Positions 43,877 to 53,472 of a DNA stretch of 55,748 nt are shown here, one piece after another. Below the pieces are notes generated by a model, which did no database searches, was not told where the DNA came from, and saw nothing but the letters and a program-made list of their open reading frames with translations. A program made the position numbers and the translations under genes. The DNA is from a virus. Taxonomy: Duplodnaviria > Caudoviricetes. The stretch is taken from positions 1-55,748 of the IMG/VR virus record IMGVR_UViG_3300044981_000063. The stretch is one strand, 5' to 3'. The number at the start of each line of letters is the position of its first letter. Position 1 is the stretch's first letter.

Positions 43877-44927
43877 TGGGCTTGTTCCTCACTTTGGACT
43901 GGCGAACCGTGTCGAGAACGTCCCCGTGCGGGTTGTTATAGATGTCCAGATATTCCGCCTCGGTGATATCGGGCATCGAGCGACGGATTTGCTCATAGCC
44001 TTTGCGGGCTTCGGCGCGATCGCGGGGGTCTTGGATGCTATCCAGGCCGGCGCGTTGGGCTGGCGGGACTGGGCGGCGGTTTGACGGCGGTAAGGCCGCA
44101 GCGGGGCGGCGGGGCGGCGGCGCATCGCCAGCGGGAGGTTCGTCATCAATGCCGAATTTCTTGGGATAGCGGCGCATGACGGCCTCCTTGGCTTTTTCCA
44201 GCTGTTGAGCCACGGGCAGTGCGGGGGATTCAGCGATGATGATGTTGTGTTCGCCGATCATCGCCGAATTCAAAACCCGGTCGGTATTAAACCAAGGATT
44301 TTCCGCCACAAAGGCTTCGACGGCGGGATCGATGGTCTGGCGGGGCGTTATTTCCTGGCGCGCGGGCGGCGGGTCACCGACCGGCGGGGCTTCATCGCGC
44401 GCTGCGTCCATTTCGGTTATCTGCCCCTCGATCTGGTCGAATTTTGCCACGTCCCCGTCGGTGACCGCTTGGCGCTGCTGGGCCTTCAAATCCGCCATCG
44501 CGCGGTCATAGCCGGACTGATTGGCACGGCGGGAGAAATCCAGAAGCTTTTTCATGTCCGATTGGGTTGATGCCACCAAGGTGCGCAGGCCTTCCATTTC
44601 GGTCGTCATGTTGCCCATGGTCTGCTTCAACTCGCGGTTTTCTTTCTGGACGAAGGGCAGGTAATCCTGACCGCGCTGGATGAAGGTCTTGGCATCTACC
44701 CAGCCACCGGGCTTGCCGCGGTACTCGCCCAGTGGGCGCCAGCCCTGGAGGCGCGCAGCGGTCTCGGCGGTGTCCTTGTGTTCGGCGGATGTATAGCCCT
44801 CGTCCTGGGCAATGCGCTCCAGTTCGGCTGCGTCGGCTTCGTCTAGCGGCAATTCCTCCTCGAATTCCTCTTCGGTCTCGGCGGCCGGCAGCGAAGATGA
44901 GACATGCGTGGAAGACTGGGGTGCCAT
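43866..44927 (-). CDS. Scaffolding protein
   Basis: A...GWRP..E.RG....WVDA.TF..RG; coiled coil; F..ENPWF..D. Confidence 0.75.
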   Translation of the reverse strand: MAPQSSTHVSSSLPAAETEEEFEEELPLDEADAAELERIAQDEGYTSAEHKDTAETAARLQGWRPLGEYRGKPGGWVDAKTFIQRGQDYLPFVQKENRELKQTMGNMTTEMEGLRTLVASTQSDMKKLLDFSRRANQSGYDRAMADLKAQQRQAVTDGDVAKFDQIEGQITEMDAARDEAPPVGDPPPARQEITPRQTIDPAVEAFVAENPWFNTDRVLNSAMIGEHNIIIAESPALPVAQQLEKAKEAVMRRYPKKFGIDDEPPAGDAPPPRRPAAALPPSNRRPVPPAQRAGLDSIQDPRDRAEARKGYEQIRRSMPDITEAEYLDIYNNPHGDVLDTVRQSKVRNKPNGR

Positions 44928-44931
44928 GGCT

Positions 44932-45423
44932 TCAAGCCTCTTCGTTGGGTTGGGGGGATTCCTCGATCCCGGCCACACAAGTGTATTCCATCATGCGATA
45001 GGCGCGGCCATCCCGGCCCAAGACTTGGCGGCCAGCATAGCGCTCGACGAAGACGCGATCACCGGGGGCGGGTTTGACGTCTGTCCATTTTGTGCCATCG
45101 CCATAAAAGCGAAATGCCGCCTCGCCAAGCGAGATGAGGACGCCTGTCTCTGACGCTATGTTCATCTGCTCGATCTTTTCGGGGGGAAGGTCAATGCCAA
45201 GACCAGCGGTGCTGGCGGACGCCTTCATACCAGCCTCGGCCAGAAGCTCGGTGCCGGCTTGGCCAGACGTGGTGACGGAAACGAGGTCCATGAGAACCAG
45301 GACGCTGGTGCCGATGGGTCGGACACCTGATTCGTTGCTGCCAGGGTATTCGGCGCGCTCGAACTCGGCTTGGATATTTTTAAGGATGCGTGGCTTCAAT
45401 GCGGTGCTGGGTTCTGCGTTCAT
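44932..45423 (-). CDS. groES: GroES-like co-chaperonin
   Basis: VRPIG.SVLV; G.LISLG..AF; PGDRVF..RYAG......DG..YRMM. Confidence 0.8.
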   Translation of the reverse strand: MNAEPSTALKPRILKNIQAEFERAEYPGSNESGVRPIGTSVLVLMDLVSVTTSGQAGTELLAEAGMKASASTAGLGIDLPPEKIEQMNIASETGVLISLGEAAFRFYGDGTKWTDVKPAPGDRVFVERYAGRQVLGRDGRAYRMMEYTCVAGIEESPQPNEEA

Positions 45424-45770
45424 ACCTGTCTCGTGCTAACTGGCTTTTCTGGTTTCGGATCAACACCGTAGAATTGTTGAATATCACCGAGCTTCAAAAC
45501 ACACAACTCTTCAAGCTCAAGGATTCGACCGCGCAATCCTTGCTTGTCCGCATCCGGCAGCATTCCAGAAACATAAAATTCAGCTGCGGAAATCCTCAGG
45601 GCGTCACTGCGATGGGCCAGGAAGAGTAGGAAGCCCTGCGTTATCGGGTTGTGACGCCAGCCCTGAAAGTCCGCTTCCCTCATCTCCACCGCTCGCGGGT
45701 TGTGATATCGCGGCGGCGCTTGCGCCTCCTCCACTGTCGTCTGGGCGTCCGCCATCTGCTGGTCGTTCAT
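45420..45770 (-). CDS. Hypothetical protein overlapping portal C-terminus
   Basis: F..W.HNPIT..F pattern typical of post-portal genes. Confidence 0.7.
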   Translation of the reverse strand: MNDQQMADAQTTVEEAQAPPRYHNPRAVEMREADFQGWRHNPITQGFLLFLAHRSDALRISAAEFYVSGMLPDADKQGLRGRILELEELCVLKLGDIQQFYGVDPKPEKPVSTRQV

Positions 45771-48009
45771 TTGCTATCTCTCTTGCTCGAAGGGCCGTGC
45801 CGGCCAGGTTGTCGTGATGGGTGACGGCATGTCCGGTCATGGCCGCATGATGAGTCAAACTGTCGCTGCGCAATTTTGCATCGACCGCCGCCGCCTTGAC
45901 CGTGGTGTTCATGGCTTCGATGTTGAGCCGCATGTTGTTCAGTTGCGATTCCGTCCATTGGATCTGCGCGTCGTTCATCTCGCTCTTGGCTTTGGCGAAG
46001 TTCAGCATTGCGGTGGTATAGGCCTGCAGTTCCTGGGCTCTCGTTAGGCCAAGCTTGGACTTGGATTCCTGCACCCTGAATTGTAATTCCTGCGCTTCCT
46101 GGTTCGCCTTCATCATCTCAGGCGTTGGCTGCGGCGGAGGCATTTTCTCCGGCAGGAAGTCATCAATCCTTGGGATTTGCGCTGCCTCGAATAAATACCG
46201 CTCGGCCGCCAAAGGATTGACCAGCGGATTGTTCTTGGCCCTGTCGACGATGAGTGCGGCCCGCGTGATCCGCTGCATGTCCGAAACCATGGTGGGATCG
46301 GCCACCGGTTCCACCCCGCCGCCCAACCGGTAATCTTCCGGCGTCACGACAAACCACGAATCACCCACCCGGTAGCGCTTGTCTTCGTCCAGATAGGTGC
46401 GGTTGAGCTTGTAAAGCTTGGAAAGCTCGGATTTGAGGGCCCGGAATATCCGCTTGTAGATCGCGGTGTAGACCTTCATGCCCTGGTCGACGAGGGCGAG
46501 CATGGTTGTGGGGGGCGTATTCGCCATTGAAACGTCACCGGTCAGCACATCCTGGATAGACGCCACTTCCTTGCCGGCGCTGATGAGCAGGCCCAGCAAC
46601 TCGAATAGCACTTGGTTCGGACCAGGCCACGGGATGGTGTAAATGTTGTCCCGGATTGCAGAGCCTTTATTGTTGACCGGTTTATATTCGCCCAGCGAGA
46701 AATTCGTGGTGCCGGCCTGAAGCGATAGACCCGTCCCGATAAAGCCGCCGCCCGCGATCTGCAGATGCCCGGCGTCAAACATCTGGTTGAGGGTGGTATT
46801 GATGGCTTCATTCAGGGGTTTGAGAAAATGCCCAAAGCCGCAGGGATATGAGCCGCCTTTCGGATTGGGCAAGAACCTATAAAGCGTATAATTTTCAATT
46901 GGTTGGATGCGCTTCAATCCGCCGTCCTTGGCAATCTCAATTCCATCCTCTTCGTACCGCGCTACAATACGCACAACCTCGGCACTGCGCTGGTGGACCG
47001 TGACGATGATCGGCTCGGCATAACCGTCTCCGTCTAAATCAAACCGTCGGTGCTGCTCCAGGAAGGTATGCGGGGCCGAGGTGTCATTGGGATCAGGCGG
47101 CGGGGCGCCGTTGTTATTGGCCGGCGCAGATGCCACGTCGCCAGGACCATACATCTGCGGCAGGAACATTTCGTCGTCCCGCTCGAATTCCTCGATCTCA
47201 TGGGGGTAGAGGGATTGTATCTCGGTATGGCGGGGGGCGGACTCGAATGATCTGGCGTCCATGTTCCAGACCAAGTTCATCAGGTCGACCACCTCGCTGG
47301 CGTTACAATCCTTGCGGAAATCCCGGTAGGTCTTCCGTATCCCGCCGCCCACGATCGGGATTTGATGCAGCATCCCATCGGTCTGCTCCTCCCAATAATC
47401 CATCTCATCGAGAAGCTGATATGACATGTGGCCGCCGATGCGCTCGGCACGCCGCGCCTTGGCCCCTGGTGCGATCAGCCAGACCGGTTGGCCATTGGCG
47501 TCGAGCTTGGGAGCCCCATCTGGGGTCCCGTCCTGGGTGGCTGCAGTGCCTTTGTCGTCGCCCCATACCGCGCCCTTGGCAATAGACCGGTTGGGAACCA
47601 GGGCCGGATAAGCCACGGCGCCGAAGCGCATGGCGGCGCTGGTGATGAGGGGGAAGATGATGTTGCTCGCGTCCTGCCATGGGTAAGACTTTGGCGGCGC
47701 CTTCTGGGTGGCAAAATTCAGGGCGTTATCGGCCTCGTCCTTCCATTCCGCCCGGCTTTGCTCGTCGATGTTGTATTCGCGGACGACCAACTGGCCCAGT
47801 TCGGATAGCGTCTCCCGGTCTATTTCCCGGGCGATATTGTGATTGTCGATCCACTTGACGAGGCGCTTTTTGATGGCAGCAGCTGTTTCCTTCTTGGGCT
47901 GCGCCGCGGCCTCATCCAGCCCCTCTTCCTCATCCACATAGTCGCCGCTCTCGGGCAATTCCGAAAGCCTGGCAAGACCAGAGGCGCGGCTGGATTCCAT
48001 TGGCGGCAT
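45604..48009 (-). CDS. Portal protein
   Basis: 801 aa after TerL; D..SR.EW; K.YPW..ASN..FPL; LEQH...DLD.DGY.EP.IVTV; NQ..DAG. Confidence 0.9.
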   Translation of the reverse strand: MPPMESSRASGLARLSELPESGDYVDEEEGLDEAAAQPKKETAAAIKKRLVKWIDNHNIAREIDRETLSELGQLVVREYNIDEQSRAEWKDEADNALNFATQKAPPKSYPWQDASNIIFPLITSAAMRFGAVAYPALVPNRSIAKGAVWGDDKGTAATQDGTPDGAPKLDANGQPVWLIAPGAKARRAERIGGHMSYQLLDEMDYWEEQTDGMLHQIPIVGGGIRKTYRDFRKDCNASEVVDLMNLVWNMDARSFESAPRHTEIQSLYPHEIEEFERDDEMFLPQMYGPGDVASAPANNNGAPPPDPNDTSAPHTFLEQHRRFDLDGDGYAEPIIVTVHQRSAEVVRIVARYEEDGIEIAKDGGLKRIQPIENYTLYRFLPNPKGGSYPCGFGHFLKPLNEAINTTLNQMFDAGHLQIAGGGFIGTGLSLQAGTTNFSLGEYKPVNNKGSAIRDNIYTIPWPGPNQVLFELLGLLISAGKEVASIQDVLTGDVSMANTPPTTMLALVDQGMKVYTAIYKRIFRALKSELSKLYKLNRTYLDEDKRYRVGDSWFVVTPEDYRLGGGVEPVADPTMVSDMQRITRAALIVDRAKNNPLVNPLAAERYLFEAAQIPRIDDFLPEKMPPPQPTPEMMKANQEAQELQFRVQESKSKLGLTRAQELQAYTTAMLNFAKAKSEMNDAQIQWTESQLNNMRLNIEAMNTTVKAAAVDAKLRSDSLTHHAAMTGHAVTHHDNLAGTALRAREIANERPADGGRPDDSGGGASAAAISQPASGGDEGSGLSGLASQPDNAGLPTLPGPSQ

Positions 48010-48182
48010 GTCATGGTCCCCGGAAGGTGTAGTGAACCTTTAGCGCGTCCGGCGAGAGTTTGCACGGGCTTCGGCTATGGAGCGGCCAATATAGGATGGC
48101 GGTGGCGGCTGACGCTTCCAGGGAAACTTACCGGGGATGCGGATGGCGCGCGGCGGGAAGATGCGGTGCCAGAGGGCGGAGA

Positions 48183-48416
48183 TCACTTCCGCTTCTCCGG
48201 GTGGCCAACCTCAGTGTGGTTGTGATTGGCCTTGATCTTGGAATTGTAGAACGACCCAGGCGATGCCGCACCGGTGAAAGCGGCGTACTTTTCGATGGAA
48301 ACTCCGTCGTAATCGTAGGTCTTGCCGCTGTGGAGCTTGACCCGAAGCTTTCCAGTAGCTTGGTCATAGCCGTGGCCGGCGATGACGGACGAGCCTTGGA
48401 CGGGTTCGAGTTTCAT
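48183..48416 (-). CDS. KTSC domain protein
   Basis: V.SS.I...GYD.....L.V..HSG.TY.Y.GV....Y..F..A.S.GSFYN..IK. Confidence 0.9.
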   Translation of the reverse strand: MKLEPVQGSSVIAGHGYDQATGKLRVKLHSGKTYDYDGVSIEKYAAFTGAASPGSFYNSKIKANHNHTEVGHPEKRK

Positions 48417-48418
48417 GA

Positions 48419-48691
48419 TCAGCCAGTCTTTCCAGCCGGATCGGCACTGACCTCGGCGGTGATTTTATGGGCCAGAAGATTGACACCGGCTACGAGGAAG
48501 TGTCGGTGTGCTCGACCCGGGGCCCAGTCTGTTACGACATCGCCGTTGCCTTGAACCGCGGCAAGTCCCAACCCGACGATTTCGCCACGTCGCGCCTCTT
48601 CGAGATACTCTTCGAGCATTTCAATGACGCCCTTGCACGGCTCACCGGTATTTATGACCGCGCCGTGAAGTGCCTTGATTTCAGCGGTCAT
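48419..48691 (-). CDS. Conserved hypothetical protein
   Basis: VIE.LE..LE.ARRGEIVG. Confidence 0.7.
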   Translation of the reverse strand: MTAEIKALHGAVINTGEPCKGVIEMLEEYLEEARRGEIVGLGLAAVQGNGDVVTDWAPGRAHRHFLVAGVNLLAHKITAEVSADPAGKTG

Positions 48692-48700
48692 TGGCCGCCC

Positions 48701-48922
48701 TTACGGCGCGGTTAGCTTGGCGGTCACTTCGGCCTGCATGGCATCGACGGCATCGCCCAGCGGCTGCAAATCAACCGGTGCCGGATTGCTGGGGAGCGCG
48801 ATAAGCTGATCCAGGGACGCCTTCAAGGCGGTGAGCTTGGTCTGAACGGTGGCGAGGTCCATCATGATTTTGACTCCGATGAGAATGAGGATGAAGAGGA
48901 ATATCGTGGCTATGGTTAGCAT
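48701..48922 (-). CDS. Small protein with N-terminal TM and coiled coil
   Basis: MLTIATIFLFILILIGV; GGAG RBS. Confidence 0.6.
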   Translation of the reverse strand: MLTIATIFLFILILIGVKIMMDLATVQTKLTALKASLDQLIALPSNPAPVDLQPLGDAVDAMQAEVTAKLTAP

Positions 48923-48947
48923 GGAATTTGCTCCGGGAGAATGGGGA

Positions 48948-49205
48948 TCATGGGCACCCCGTAGAGCCAAGAAGCCGCCCGGCACCGCTTTCGATCGCCC
49001 ATGTATATGCAGTCGGCATCAAACCGTCTGGAACAATAACCAACTCAAAGCCATGAACGGCCTGTAATTGCCTGGCATTCATCGCATTCCCTCGGGTGGT
49101 GTAAAGCTTGATGCAGTGCAGATAGAGGATTCCAAGTCGGCATGCAGCATCGTCCAAGGACGTTTCTGACAAGTCGCAGGCGGTTGGCATCATCTCAAAT
49201 TGCAT
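48948..49205 (-). CDS. Hypothetical protein
   Basis: TGATG coupling. Confidence 0.55.
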   Translation of the reverse strand: MQFEMMPTACDLSETSLDDAACRLGILYLHCIKLYTTRGNAMNARQLQAVHGFELVIVPDGLMPTAYTWAIESGAGRLLGSTGCP

Positions 49206-49390
49206 CACTTTCCCGTTTCCTGCCGAAAGCGGTCCCATGCTACGCGCTCGGGTTCGGACGGCATTCTCTCTTGGTCTGGCCCCCCATGCTGGACGGCTCG
49301 TTCTAAGGCGGCTTTATCAGTCAGAAAATGCCGATCCCGCTCAACAGAATCTAATGCCTCTTTCCTTTTCCGGCTCATCAAAACTGTCAT
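49205..49390 (-). CDS. Hypothetical protein
   Basis: Fills gap after TerL. Confidence 0.5.
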   Translation of the reverse strand: MTVLMSRKRKEALDSVERDRHFLTDKAALERAVQHGGPDQERMPSEPERVAWDRFRQETGK

Positions 49391-49391
49391 C

Positions 49392-50864
49392 TTAATACCC
49401 CGTCACGCGACTTCTTCCGGTCATATCACGCTGGCGGTTTACCGGGAAGTCGTCGGGGACAAAACTGCGTGTCAGGCCGGCTCCGAATAGCTGCGCCGCC
49501 CTATATTCTAGCCCATCCATCAAATCGCTAGCAGGATGATTTTTCTCTGGTTCGTCGCTGAATCTTTCCGTGTGCGTGGCCATGCGGCGGTAATGATAGC
49601 CGCCCAAGAATGCCTTGCGAATGTTGGTGCAGCGCGGGTGCAGGACAAACCGCGGCTCGCCATTGTCGCCCAGTGTGCGCAGGGCCTTGCGCATGGATTC
49701 AAGGCGAAGCGCGAGGTTCTGGTCGCCGCCCTCGATCATGATGCCCTTACCATGAAGGATGTCGAAACAAGTCTTTTCGTCGGTCTGAGCGCGCTGCTGG
49801 CCGGCTGGGTCGCCGAGATCGTCATATTCTACCTTGGCACCGCGGAAAGATCGGCCACAATGCTCAAGCGCCTGGTCCGAGAAGCGGTCAATGCCCATGC
49901 CATCAGCTATCAGTTCATCGAATATCACCCATTGGCCATTCGGCAGCACTTGGCCGAGAGACATAGCTGGCGTGAGCCCAAAATCCCATTGGCGAAGGAT
50001 AGGTCGCCCTGGGACCGGCTCTTTGGCCTTGAGGTGTATTTCGTCCCGGAACTCAGGAAATACCGCTTTGTCGTCCGACACGAAGCCATAGCGGCCTTCA
50101 ATGTAGACTTTCTTCCATTCGGAGGATTTTCCGATCCCGAGGCGCTGGTAATAGCCTGCTGGTAGATTGGGCAGGTTCTCCGCGTTCGGTGCCAGTCCAG
50201 ACGGTTGGTGGAATATCCGGGCGAAGTCGCTGGCTTTGGTAATTCCGGGCGGCAGAGCGCCTACGTTTCTCAGTTCCTCGAAATCCTTGAGCCAGTCGCC
50301 GTCCTCGAAGAACTTATACCACTTGGAATCCACGTCCGGCGGGTTGGTGTCCATCCATACCCCAGACCAAGTGCAGCCGCCGTCTATGGTGCCAGGATAG
50401 CGGCCGCACCGGCCCATAAGCGCCTCGATGATCGGCCATGGTATTTCGCGCGCCTCATTGACCCACCCGCCAGTGAGATCGAGGGAAAGCAGCTTTTTGA
50501 CATCGTCGGGCTGATCGAGTCCGCGGAACAGAACCTCGAATTCCACGCCGGCAAAGGCCTTGACCACATAGCGGGCGTCTGTCTCGTACCAGCGCCCGAA
50601 ATACTGCGGGGGAAGCCATTGGTGGAAGGTTCGGATCGTCGTATCACGCAGTTCCCTCGCGGTGTTCCGCACGACCGCCCAGCGAGTACGGCGGACGCCG
50701 TCTGGACCAGGGCGCTGCTGCTGTGCGCGATAGGGCACCTCGACCACGCAACCGGATGACTTTCCGCTGCCTAGAGGTCCAATAAGACCGCGCAGAAAGG
50801 CGTCGGAATTGCTGAAGTGTCCGATGGTGGGCGCATTGCCGTAATCATAGCTAATGCTCGGCAT
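49392..50864 (-). CDS. terL: Terminase large subunit
   Basis: Walker A GPLGSGKS; VVRNT..EL..TT; Walker B WVNE; DTNPPD; WDFGLTPA; DPAG; KN..SD..D.L.Y. Confidence 0.95.
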   Translation of the reverse strand: MPSISYDYGNAPTIGHFSNSDAFLRGLIGPLGSGKSSGCVVEVPYRAQQQRPGPDGVRRTRWAVVRNTARELRDTTIRTFHQWLPPQYFGRWYETDARYVVKAFAGVEFEVLFRGLDQPDDVKKLLSLDLTGGWVNEAREIPWPIIEALMGRCGRYPGTIDGGCTWSGVWMDTNPPDVDSKWYKFFEDGDWLKDFEELRNVGALPPGITKASDFARIFHQPSGLAPNAENLPNLPAGYYQRLGIGKSSEWKKVYIEGRYGFVSDDKAVFPEFRDEIHLKAKEPVPGRPILRQWDFGLTPAMSLGQVLPNGQWVIFDELIADGMGIDRFSDQALEHCGRSFRGAKVEYDDLGDPAGQQRAQTDEKTCFDILHGKGIMIEGGDQNLALRLESMRKALRTLGDNGEPRFVLHPRCTNIRKAFLGGYHYRRMATHTERFSDEPEKNHPASDLMDGLEYRAAQLFGAGLTRSFVPDDFPVNRQRDMTGRSRVTGY

Positions 50865-51160
50865 CAGCCTGCCTGCGACTGCTTGATCCTCGGCGGCATG
50901 TCGGTGCGCCGCGGTGCCTTCGCATCGATCGTGATGTAAGGCCTGGCGCCAACAGGATTGGGCCCGCGGGCGGTCTGCTTGCCGGCATGTTCGCCGCTCA
51001 GGATCGTCACGATCCGCCAGTTCCGGTTGAAGACCTCGATGCGGATCTTACCCGCCCGAGCCAACTGGGAAAGCCCAACGCCGTCGATTTCCGTATTCTT
51101 GGGGCAGCGCTCGCCTGCAGCAGCAATGGCGCAGATGCGGTCGAATAGCTTGTCAGCCAT
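50864..51160 (-). CDS. Hypothetical protein
   Basis: GAGGT RBS; GERCP.N...G.I.IE.....R.VTI. Confidence 0.65.
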   Translation of the reverse strand: MADKLFDRICAIAAAGERCPKNTEIDGVGLSQLARAGKIRIEVFNRNWRIVTILSGEHAGKQTARGPNPVGARPYITIDAKAPRRTDMPPRIKQSQAG

Positions 51161-51164
51161 GGCG

Positions 51165-51593
51165 CTACCTCTCGTTTTTCCAACGGGCAACATGCTCGTC
51201 GGCGATCGGTTTTCCTGTCGGCCCACGGCACGTTAGGCCCGGCGATGCCCCGCATTTGGGACAAGTCCGGCGACGGCGATAGTCGTTCGCTCGGCTTTCA
51301 GGCCTTGGCCTTTCATGGGCCATAATACCGGTTTCGATATATTCCTGTTCGCGGATGGCAAAGCCTTTGGGATCGCGGCGCAGGTCTTCATCATACCAGC
51401 CTATGCGCCAGCTTGTCGCCATATCGTCATCAACGAACGGAGGACAATCGTGCAGTGTCAGTCCGATGGCCCGGGCGGCGCGGCCCTCCCGAGTGACAAG
51501 ATGCAACGTCTTTAAGTGAGCCTTCGCAGCCGAGCCAGCCCCTAAAATGGAATCGATTTGCGCATCCGTCATCATAAGGCCAGAAAGATCCAT
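51165..51593 (-). CDS. Hypothetical protein with C-terminal zinc finger
   Basis: CPKCGASPG..C.........H.AR. Confidence 0.65.
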   Translation of the reverse strand: MDLSGLMMTDAQIDSILGAGSAAKAHLKTLHLVTREGRAARAIGLTLHDCPPFVDDDMATSWRIGWYDEDLRRDPKGFAIREQEYIETGIMAHERPRPESRANDYRRRRTCPKCGASPGLTCRGPTGKPIADEHVARWKNER

Positions 51594-51606
51594 TAGCCGG
51601 TTTCCT

Positions 51607-51831
51607 TTATGTGTCTAGATAGGCGCTATGCGGTCGCCCTGTTACCGGCCCGAGATATTCCCAGCCGCGCCGGCGCATTTCGATGGGTGTAACCGGTCCG
51701 ATCTCATTGCTCGGATACCAAGCGTTGCCCATCCACTCGCAGACTGATGGCATGGATGAGCGTTCGGCATGAAGCCAGTGCCAGCCATGAAAGTCTAAGT
51801 ATTCAGGAGGCGGCCAAGTGCCCTTGGTCAT
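51607..51831 (-). CDS. Trp-rich hypothetical protein
   Basis: GWHWL...W....W...GWEYLGP. Confidence 0.6.
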   Translation of the reverse strand: MTKGTWPPPEYLDFHGWHWLHAERSSMPSVCEWMGNAWYPSNEIGPVTPIEMRRRGWEYLGPVTGRPHSAYLDT

Positions 51832-52049
51832 TCTGGGATTTCCATGAATTCTACGAGGTTGGAAACGGTCATAAATCCAACTTTGCGGTCGCCATAGAAG
51901 ATCGCAGACCCAGGGCATGGGAAGAATTGGCCTCGGTTCATAATGACGATATAGGCAACGCGCTGATCATCACGGGCCAAAACCGCGGGTCCGCGCGCAC
52001 CGTCTGGGGCCTGTTCGATCGGATATTCGCTAATTGGCTTCCAGGTCAT
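51828..52049 (-). CDS. Hypothetical protein (DUF551-like start)
   Basis: MTWKPI...APDG...FMEIPE. Confidence 0.55.
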   Translation of the reverse strand: MTWKPISEYPIEQAPDGARGPAVLARDDQRVAYIVIMNRGQFFPCPGSAIFYGDRKVGFMTVSNLVEFMEIPE

Positions 52050-52333
52050 CAGTTGCTCCGATTGCTTGGAACGGCTTCGGAATGCTCGCCAATCATACGA
52101 ATGATGTTGCGCTGGTGAAGAGAGCAGGGGCGCGCGTTCGAGGCCAATATCGGACGGACAAATTCGACCTGCATGTCGTGCCCCACGCCGATAGCCCGCG
52201 GCCGCATGCCGAGCAGTACCACACCAGGCGGCCCGCCAAAGCACTCTCCACCGTTATCGCGGCGCCCAATGTTATCCCAGAACTTGCAGTTTCCGCATTG
52301 AGCGGCGAGAGGGTCGTCGGTGATTTGCGGCAT
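52049..52333 (-). CDS. Cys-rich hypothetical protein
   Basis: CGNCKFW......GEC...PP. Confidence 0.65.
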   Translation of the reverse strand: MPQITDDPLAAQCGNCKFWDNIGRRDNGGECFGGPPGVVLLGMRPRAIGVGHDMQVEFVRPILASNARPCSLHQRNIIRMIGEHSEAVPSNRSN

Positions 52334-52555
52334 TTACAGCTCCAATATTTCTTCCGGGGTTGTTTTCTCTCCTCGCATGATGGCCAGAAGACCTTCGGAA
52401 AAATCCAACCCCATGTCGCAGGGAATAACAATTGTGACTTCCGCGCCGTTATCTTGATTCCAGACGCGGATAGCGCTGCCTGACTGCGGGACAATTTTCA
52501 ATCCACGCGCGTCGTGCTCGATTGTGACAGGCGTTGCGGAAAGTAATTTGCTCAT
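52334..52555 (-). CDS. Hypothetical protein
   Basis: Operon packing. Confidence 0.55.
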   Translation of the reverse strand: MSKLLSATPVTIEHDARGLKIVPQSGSAIRVWNQDNGAEVTIVIPCDMGLDFSEGLLAIMRGEKTTPEEILEL

Positions 52556-52557
52556 GG

Positions 52558-52785
52558 CTATTCCTTTTCTGGCTTCTCGTTAAGGATCGCGTCGGGCAAT
52601 TCAACAATATAGGTCTCGCGGCTTATCGGCTCAGGATCACGCCAACCATCGCCCATCCATATCATGGCCTTTCCATTTACCTTGCAAAGATCACCGCGAT
52701 AGAAAGGGCCATCTGTAGGTGGCTCGGTGCGGTCAGGCATCGCATCAAATAGGCCTTGGAAGTGTTCTGCAGCCTTGGTGCTCAT
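52558..52785 (-). CDS. Hypothetical protein
   Basis: ATGA coupling. Confidence 0.55.
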   Translation of the reverse strand: MSTKAAEHFQGLFDAMPDRTEPPTDGPFYRGDLCKVNGKAMIWMGDGWRDPEPISRETYIVELPDAILNEKPEKE

Positions 52786-53075
52786 TTGAACATATGCCCG
52801 ATGTAGATTTCATTGCGGCAATTCAAGATGCGCGCAATAGCGGTGTGGTGCATCATTTCGTAACTCGTGGGATTGGTGATCTCGTCTCCCTCCGGGTTCG
52901 AAAACACTTTCCCCCGCTTGACCGCAGGAATCTGAGGACCGTCGCCATAGCGGACCATGCAGTTGCACCGCTCGATTGAGGCGCGCCCCATCATCTTATC
53001 GTAGTCGCGTCCGAGCCCAAGCAAACGCTTAGTGAAGGGGTCGGTGGTCATAGGCACCTCTTCGAGCTTGCTCAC
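52782..53075 (-). CDS. Hypothetical protein
   Basis: GTGA coupling. Confidence 0.55.
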   Translation of the reverse strand: MSKLEEVPMTTDPFTKRLLGLGRDYDKMMGRASIERCNCMVRYGDGPQIPAVKRGKVFSNPEGDEITNPTSYEMMHHTAIARILNCRNEIYIGHMFK

Positions 53076-53329
53076 GGCTTACCAGCCAATCCGCAGAATC
53101 CGCCCATTGGTTGATCACGATGAACGCGGTGACGGATTATAGTTACATTTGGATCATCGGGGTCTTGCATCCCGTATAGCGAAGGTCCGCCCCCGAACGG
53201 TTGCCAACGCCACGCCATGCACAAAGAACCAACACACCACATCTCATAAACATCATCTGAATTTCGCTCACCGCGACCGCAATATTGTGGACCGCAGCAC
53301 CGCTTCGTCTTGGCTTCGTCTTCGGTCAC
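53072..53329 (-). CDS. Cys-rich conserved phage protein
   Basis: TEDEAKTK.C...C.GS.CMAWRW...G.CGLAGKP. Confidence 0.75.
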   Translation of the reverse strand: MTEDEAKTKRCCGPQYCGRGERNSDDVYEMWCVGSLCMAWRWQPFGGGPSLYGMQDPDDPNVTIIRHRVHRDQPMGGFCGLAGKP

Positions 53330-53472
53330 CAGAATATCCCCCAGTTACGGCAATGAGCGAAAGTATTATGGGCAGCAATGCAGCGTTCACCGCTGGCGTC
53401 AGCCGCCGCAAATGCCCACCAGCAAAAGACGGCGATGATAGCCCAGCCGATTATCTTGGTGGTGATGGTCAT
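53326..53472 (-). CDS. 48-aa membrane peptide (not in ORF track)
   Basis: MTITTKIIGWAIIAVFCWWAF...; ATGA and GTGA coupling on both sides. Confidence 0.55.
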   Translation of the reverse strand: MTITTKIIGWAIIAVFCWWAFAAADASGERCIAAHNTFAHCRNWGIFW

